Shown one piece after another: positions 59,861-64,000 of a stretch of DNA of 64,000 nt. Numbering within the stretch: position 1 is the first letter of the stretch; each line of letters opens with the position of its first letter. The DNA lies in NCBI GenBank assembly GCA_964106645.2, contig OZ067038.1, one strand, 5' to 3'. The DNA comes from Podarcis pityusensis. Its lineage: Eukaryota. A program made the translations under genes and the position numbers. The notes beneath the pieces were generated by a model. That model saw only the letters and a list, made by a program, of their open reading frames with translations. It was not told the origin of the DNA and ran no database searches.

Positions 59861-61955
59861 TCCTGCTTTCCCTGCTGGGAACTAATGAGAGTAACCAAAC
59901 TGTGAAGGGAAGGCGGGGATTTTTCAGGAGGTCTCCTTTGGCAGAATTGTGGGCGTCGGAACCGCTGTTCTTGATGAGAAACTTGCTCCTAGTGATGTGA
60001 AAGTTACCTTAGGGTGGTGGGAGGCTATAAAGCTTCTCAGGGCAGGGACGGAGCCACCCTCTCATTCTGCGCATAATATAATATAAGTGATTCTGAGATC
60101 GCATGCACACAATTTCCTTTGACTCGCAGGGCGCAGACTTTTAAGCCTGCCAGTTCCGTGTCGGCCGGTGCGTGGAAGGTGCCTGAGCCCGCTGGTGTGG
60201 ACTGTCCTGAACTATACTTGGAAAGAGACGCGCAACTGCTTCAAGGCAGGATGGGCTTGTTCAGAATTTATTGCAGTTCTTAACCCCTTCAGTGTACATT
60301 AGGCATTAAGAAAGAAATCAGCAGAAAAAGTTCCCTGCCCCAAAGAGCTTACATTAGAATTTGAATGTGAAGCCAGTGGTTGTGGGCTTGGGAATAAGTT
60401 TCATTGAACTCAGTCGGGCTTGCTTCTGAGTAGACACATAGGATTGCCCTGACAAATGAAATGGGTCAACTAGGGAGCAAATGGGAAGAAGGGATGGATT
60501 TTGGACCCCATCCCAGTAGAGGCTGGCCATTAGGTAAGAGGGGCGTGGCTCCACCAACCTCAGACTGCTCTTAGCCAGCTCCCACCTGTCTGTCTGTCTC
60601 ATCCTGCTTACAACCTTTCAGGGAGTGGCACAGCCTATCAACCTCCTCCTCTTCCTCCTCCTCCTCTTTGGTCTCTGTGCTGCCTTTTGTAGAACTCAGC
60701 AGGATGGGGACAAAGCTGGAATTAGTTGACTCAGCTTGTCCTTGACCCTGGCTTCCAGCCTTCTGCCCCATCAGTCCCAATAGGCACCAGGTCTTTGCAA
60801 ATAATTCTGACCTTTGCAGGAACGGAAGACATTGATTGGGATTCAACTAAGTTTTGCTCAGGGTAGATGCATTGGAATTAATGTTCAACGGGTCTAATTT
60901 GCATAAAAAAGTTAGTTGACTACCACTCTTGATCTCCCCGGGGCTCGGGATGTATGCTTAGGAAACTTCTTCCTCTGTGAATCTGTATGTTATCAGAGGT
61001 GGGTCAATTGTAAATACCACAAAACAATTTTAAGTTTATGACTGGGATCTCTGTTGCATGAATTAGAGCACATATTAAGCTTATGTAGTGATATGACAAT
61101 CTGCATTATCTGTATTATTTCCAAAAGACTTCCAAAAATGTCTGCAACTGGATGCTCCGGTTTGAAGCTCAAATGCATGAAAAACTGTTGCAAAAAAAGA
61201 ACTAAACCAATTGAGGAAGCTTATATGGCTGATAAGGACTTTGCTAAATCCTCTATATTTTTGTTACATTCAACTTATTAAAGTAACACATGCAAGAGAG
61301 ATGCATTGCAAACATCTCAGAAGTAAGCCCCCCTGTGTTCAATTGGACTTACTCCATATTTAGTTATTTAATCAAACATTTCACTTTTTTACATAAGGCC
61401 TTCCCAGAAACAGGAAGCTTCCCCATTATCGCTAGGGCTATTACCATAAAATTGCAGTAGATTAGCTAATGTGTATTTGTGGAGCTCAGTTAACCATATG
61501 TTGCCATATTTTATACCATGTTCTGCCTAAAAGGAAATTTGATGAGAAAATGATGCAAAACAGGAATGGCCTATTTAAAAGAATCCGTCACCTATCTGAC
61601 AAGGAGGGAAAAGGTTACACTGAAAGTTGCAAATTTTTCGACGGCTCAGAAATGTAGGAGATTTGCTTTGTTGAAAGGCATTTGTATTTACTATCTTTCA
61701 TTATCTTCCCTCTGCTGAAAGTGGTTTCACTTCTTTTGATTTTACCTTTTTTATCTTCTGTTGTTTATGATCTTTGAAATGACCTTGTTCATTTAACAAT
61801 AAAGCAATAAACATAATTGAGATCGATTTGTGTGTAAATTGAAAGCTGGCGTGTTGTTACACCACACATATAATGTAATCCAACTACATAGAACGTATTC
61901 CCTGCTTTGTTTTCATATACCCTGAGCCACCTGTTAAATCCAGTTTGTTCTAAAG

Positions 61956-62140
61956 CAGGCACATCCAACTTCCAAGAGACTGCAATCTACTCCCACTATA
62001 AAAAAAGCTGACAATGATCTACCCATTGGATTAACTAGAGTTGTTGAGCTTTGGGGGGGGGGGGTCAGGGCCCTGCGATCAACCATGATCGACCAGGGAC
62101 ACGCCCTGGTAGATCGCGATCGACCTGTTGGGCACCCCTG
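61956..62140. mobile_element. hAT MITE
   Basis: CAGG...CCTG ends and 8-bp TSD TTCTAAAG (61948-61955, 62141-62148). Confidence 0.8.
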
Positions 62141-62760
62141 TTCTAAAGGGTGTGTGCTGCCTCCTCAATGACCAAGAGTTGTCAGTAATTTCAGTTCAGT
62201 GCTGGGAGGCATCACCTTTTGCATATATTATATTCTTCTTTTCCTGAGGCTAATGAGACTATCCTGGCTTCCATCCCCCCAAAGTGAGTGTTGTTTCCAG
62301 GAAGAACCTGGCTGCATTTCTGCAGACTAGGGCGTGAGTTATACTGACTTGTGAATAATCATGCATAACATCCTATGGTGTGGTGTCTTGTGTCCAGAGT
62401 TGGAAAATCAGCCACTATGTGGAGCTAAAGTACAGAAAAGTAGGGTAGGACTGCAAGTGCTATGGGCGTGATGAGCAGGTACATTACAACCACTGTCTCG
62501 TGGTGATTTTATACCACTGTTGCAACCCTGGAAAGGCAGCACCTCTGGGACCTAATTCCTTGTCTCCTTTTGGCCACTGATGTCCTCATTTCAGCTGCTT
62601 GGGAGAGCTTAACTGGAGACGGCTAGCTCATGCTCAAGGCAATGTGCCTGGAAAAACATCAACACATGCTCTGCCACTTGGCAGCTATAGATGGGAGAGC
62701 TTGGAGATGGCTTTGTCCATGGGACAAAGGGGTTGGAAGCCAGCCCTGCCATCTCTACAA

Positions 62761-62846
62761 TAATCCTCACTAATTGGCTTCCCCACCCCACCCTGCTCCT
62801 CCCTGGAGGTGGAGTATAAGAGGATTTCTTGGCTTCTTCTTAAGCC
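62761..62846 (+). promoter_or_regulatory. Photoreceptor-type proximal promoter of CABP4
   Basis: TAATCC (CRX/OTX) 62761, CTAATTG (PCE-1/Ret-1 reverse complement) 62770, CACCC boxes, TATAAG 62815, TAAGCC 62841. Confidence 0.65.
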
Positions 62847-62904
62847 CACCCCCCCCATTCTCAGTCTTCACAGGGTGCCTATCTCCGAGAGAGACACCTG
62901 TCCC

Positions 62905-63138
62905 ATGCAACGCAAGCAGTCCGGAGAGGCAGAGGGCCCAGCCAAGGGCAAAGCGCAGGAAGGCGAGCAGCCCCCCAAGGAAGAAAGCGAGCCCAAGGGC
63001 AGCAGAAGCCCTGGCTCTGAATCCAGGCAAAGATCCAACTCCAGTCACGGGCGCAAACACAGCAAAAAGCATCAGGCCGACCCCCATGCAGCTGCCATTA
63101 AGACCTACTCCCCTTTCCTCAACACTGTCTTTGGCAAG
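62905..63138 (+). CDS. CABP4: Calcium-binding protein 4, first coding exon (gene continues beyond the window)
   Basis: MQRKQSGE...HQADPHAAAIKTYSPFLNTVFGK|GTGAG resembles the end of human CABP4 exon 1 (HDAAQRTYGPLLNRVFGK). Position and orientation after CORO1B match human. Confidence 0.85.
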
Positions 63139-64000
63139 GTGAGTTGCTGTCTGTAGAAGGAGGGGATGCAGAAGGGAGAAGCGGGGCTGAGAGGCGATGC
63201 GTCCTGGACATCAGTGGCAAACTCATGCTCCAAGGAGATCTTTGTGTAGCCAAAATGGAGCCATCCACACACATGAAGGTGGTATCGGCAGGCTTGGGAG
63301 AAACCCAGGGTTTGCAGAAGTAGAGGGAAAATTAAAGAATATTAAGGGGACACCCCTATAACAGTCAAATGAGGACTGAGCAGATTCAGTAGGCATGGGA
63401 TGCTGGCTAATGGTTGAGAGGGCGTGAAATCAAATAGGGAGGTGGGCACGAACGTGCCTGGAAGTGTGACCCCAGCATTTCGTTGCAGGTTCCACATGGG
63501 GAATGCAGAAAAGGGAACTAGGAAAGCGGAGCAGTAAGGGCTGAGTGGGCTCAGGAAGGACAATGCGGAAAGTGGTCTAGGATAAATGGCAACGAAGTAC
63601 AAGCAACGTATTGTGCAGAGTTGCTGAGTGGGGGCAGGTGGCCCATTCAGTGTTGGCTCAAAGCTGAGGTGGTGTCAACATGTAACATGAACACAGGAGT
63701 GGCAACAGAATGATCTCCTGGGGTGGGAGTGAAATGAATGGGGCTTCCTCCCACCTTTGTAGTGTCAGTGATGGGCATAGTGGCCAGCTAGTTATACTGG
63801 TACAATAGTTAGCTTTGCCACCTCTCCCATTACGCTTCCACTGTGTTGTCCCATTGTTAATTGTGTTTCTTTAGGATGTCATGTATTCAGCCGTTGAACT
63901 GTTTGCCATCTTGTTTACTTGTTGAGAAAAGTTTTGAAAAGAATTACAAAACTGATCCAGGGAAAGTGGGCAGGCTGGTTTTGTGACCTGGCAAGCACTA

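Noticed and set aside
58984-60000. 338-aa plus-strand ORF and overlapping ORFs
   Set aside because: Low-complexity Pro/Gly/Arg/Ala frames from the stop-poor CORO1B CpG island; no recognisable domain.
60534-60846. Poly-Glu minus ORF and a strong plus-strand donor (AG|GTAAGA) near 60534
   Set aside because: Explained by a (CCT)n tract; no GPR152 similarity or partner splice sites found.

Overview
Vertebrate genomic DNA, almost certainly from a squamate and probably a lacertid lizard, judging by the Sauria SINEs, young L2, CR1, and hAT/Tc1-mariner/Harbinger MITEs. The window is syntenic with human 11q13.2. It contains the 3' six coding exons of CARNS1 (+), RPS6KB2 exons 1-14 (+, last exon lost in a 200-N gap), PTPRCAP (-, 3' part in the same gap), complete CORO1B (-) and the first exon of CABP4 (+). 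GPR152, which lies between CORO1B and CABP4 in human, is not visible. The two most interesting unexplained signals are: (1) collinear, stop-ridden, spliced fragments on the minus strand between CARNS1 and RPS6KB2 (about 12.8-23.6 kb) that resemble CACHD1/alpha2delta (VWA+Cache) proteins, a candidate decayed paralog; and (2) a retro-inserted CCA-bearing 3' half of tRNA-Val(CAC) with a 17-bp target-site duplication in the PTPRCAP intron. Gene identities rest on recalled human protein sequences and phase-consistent splice junctions; no searches were run.
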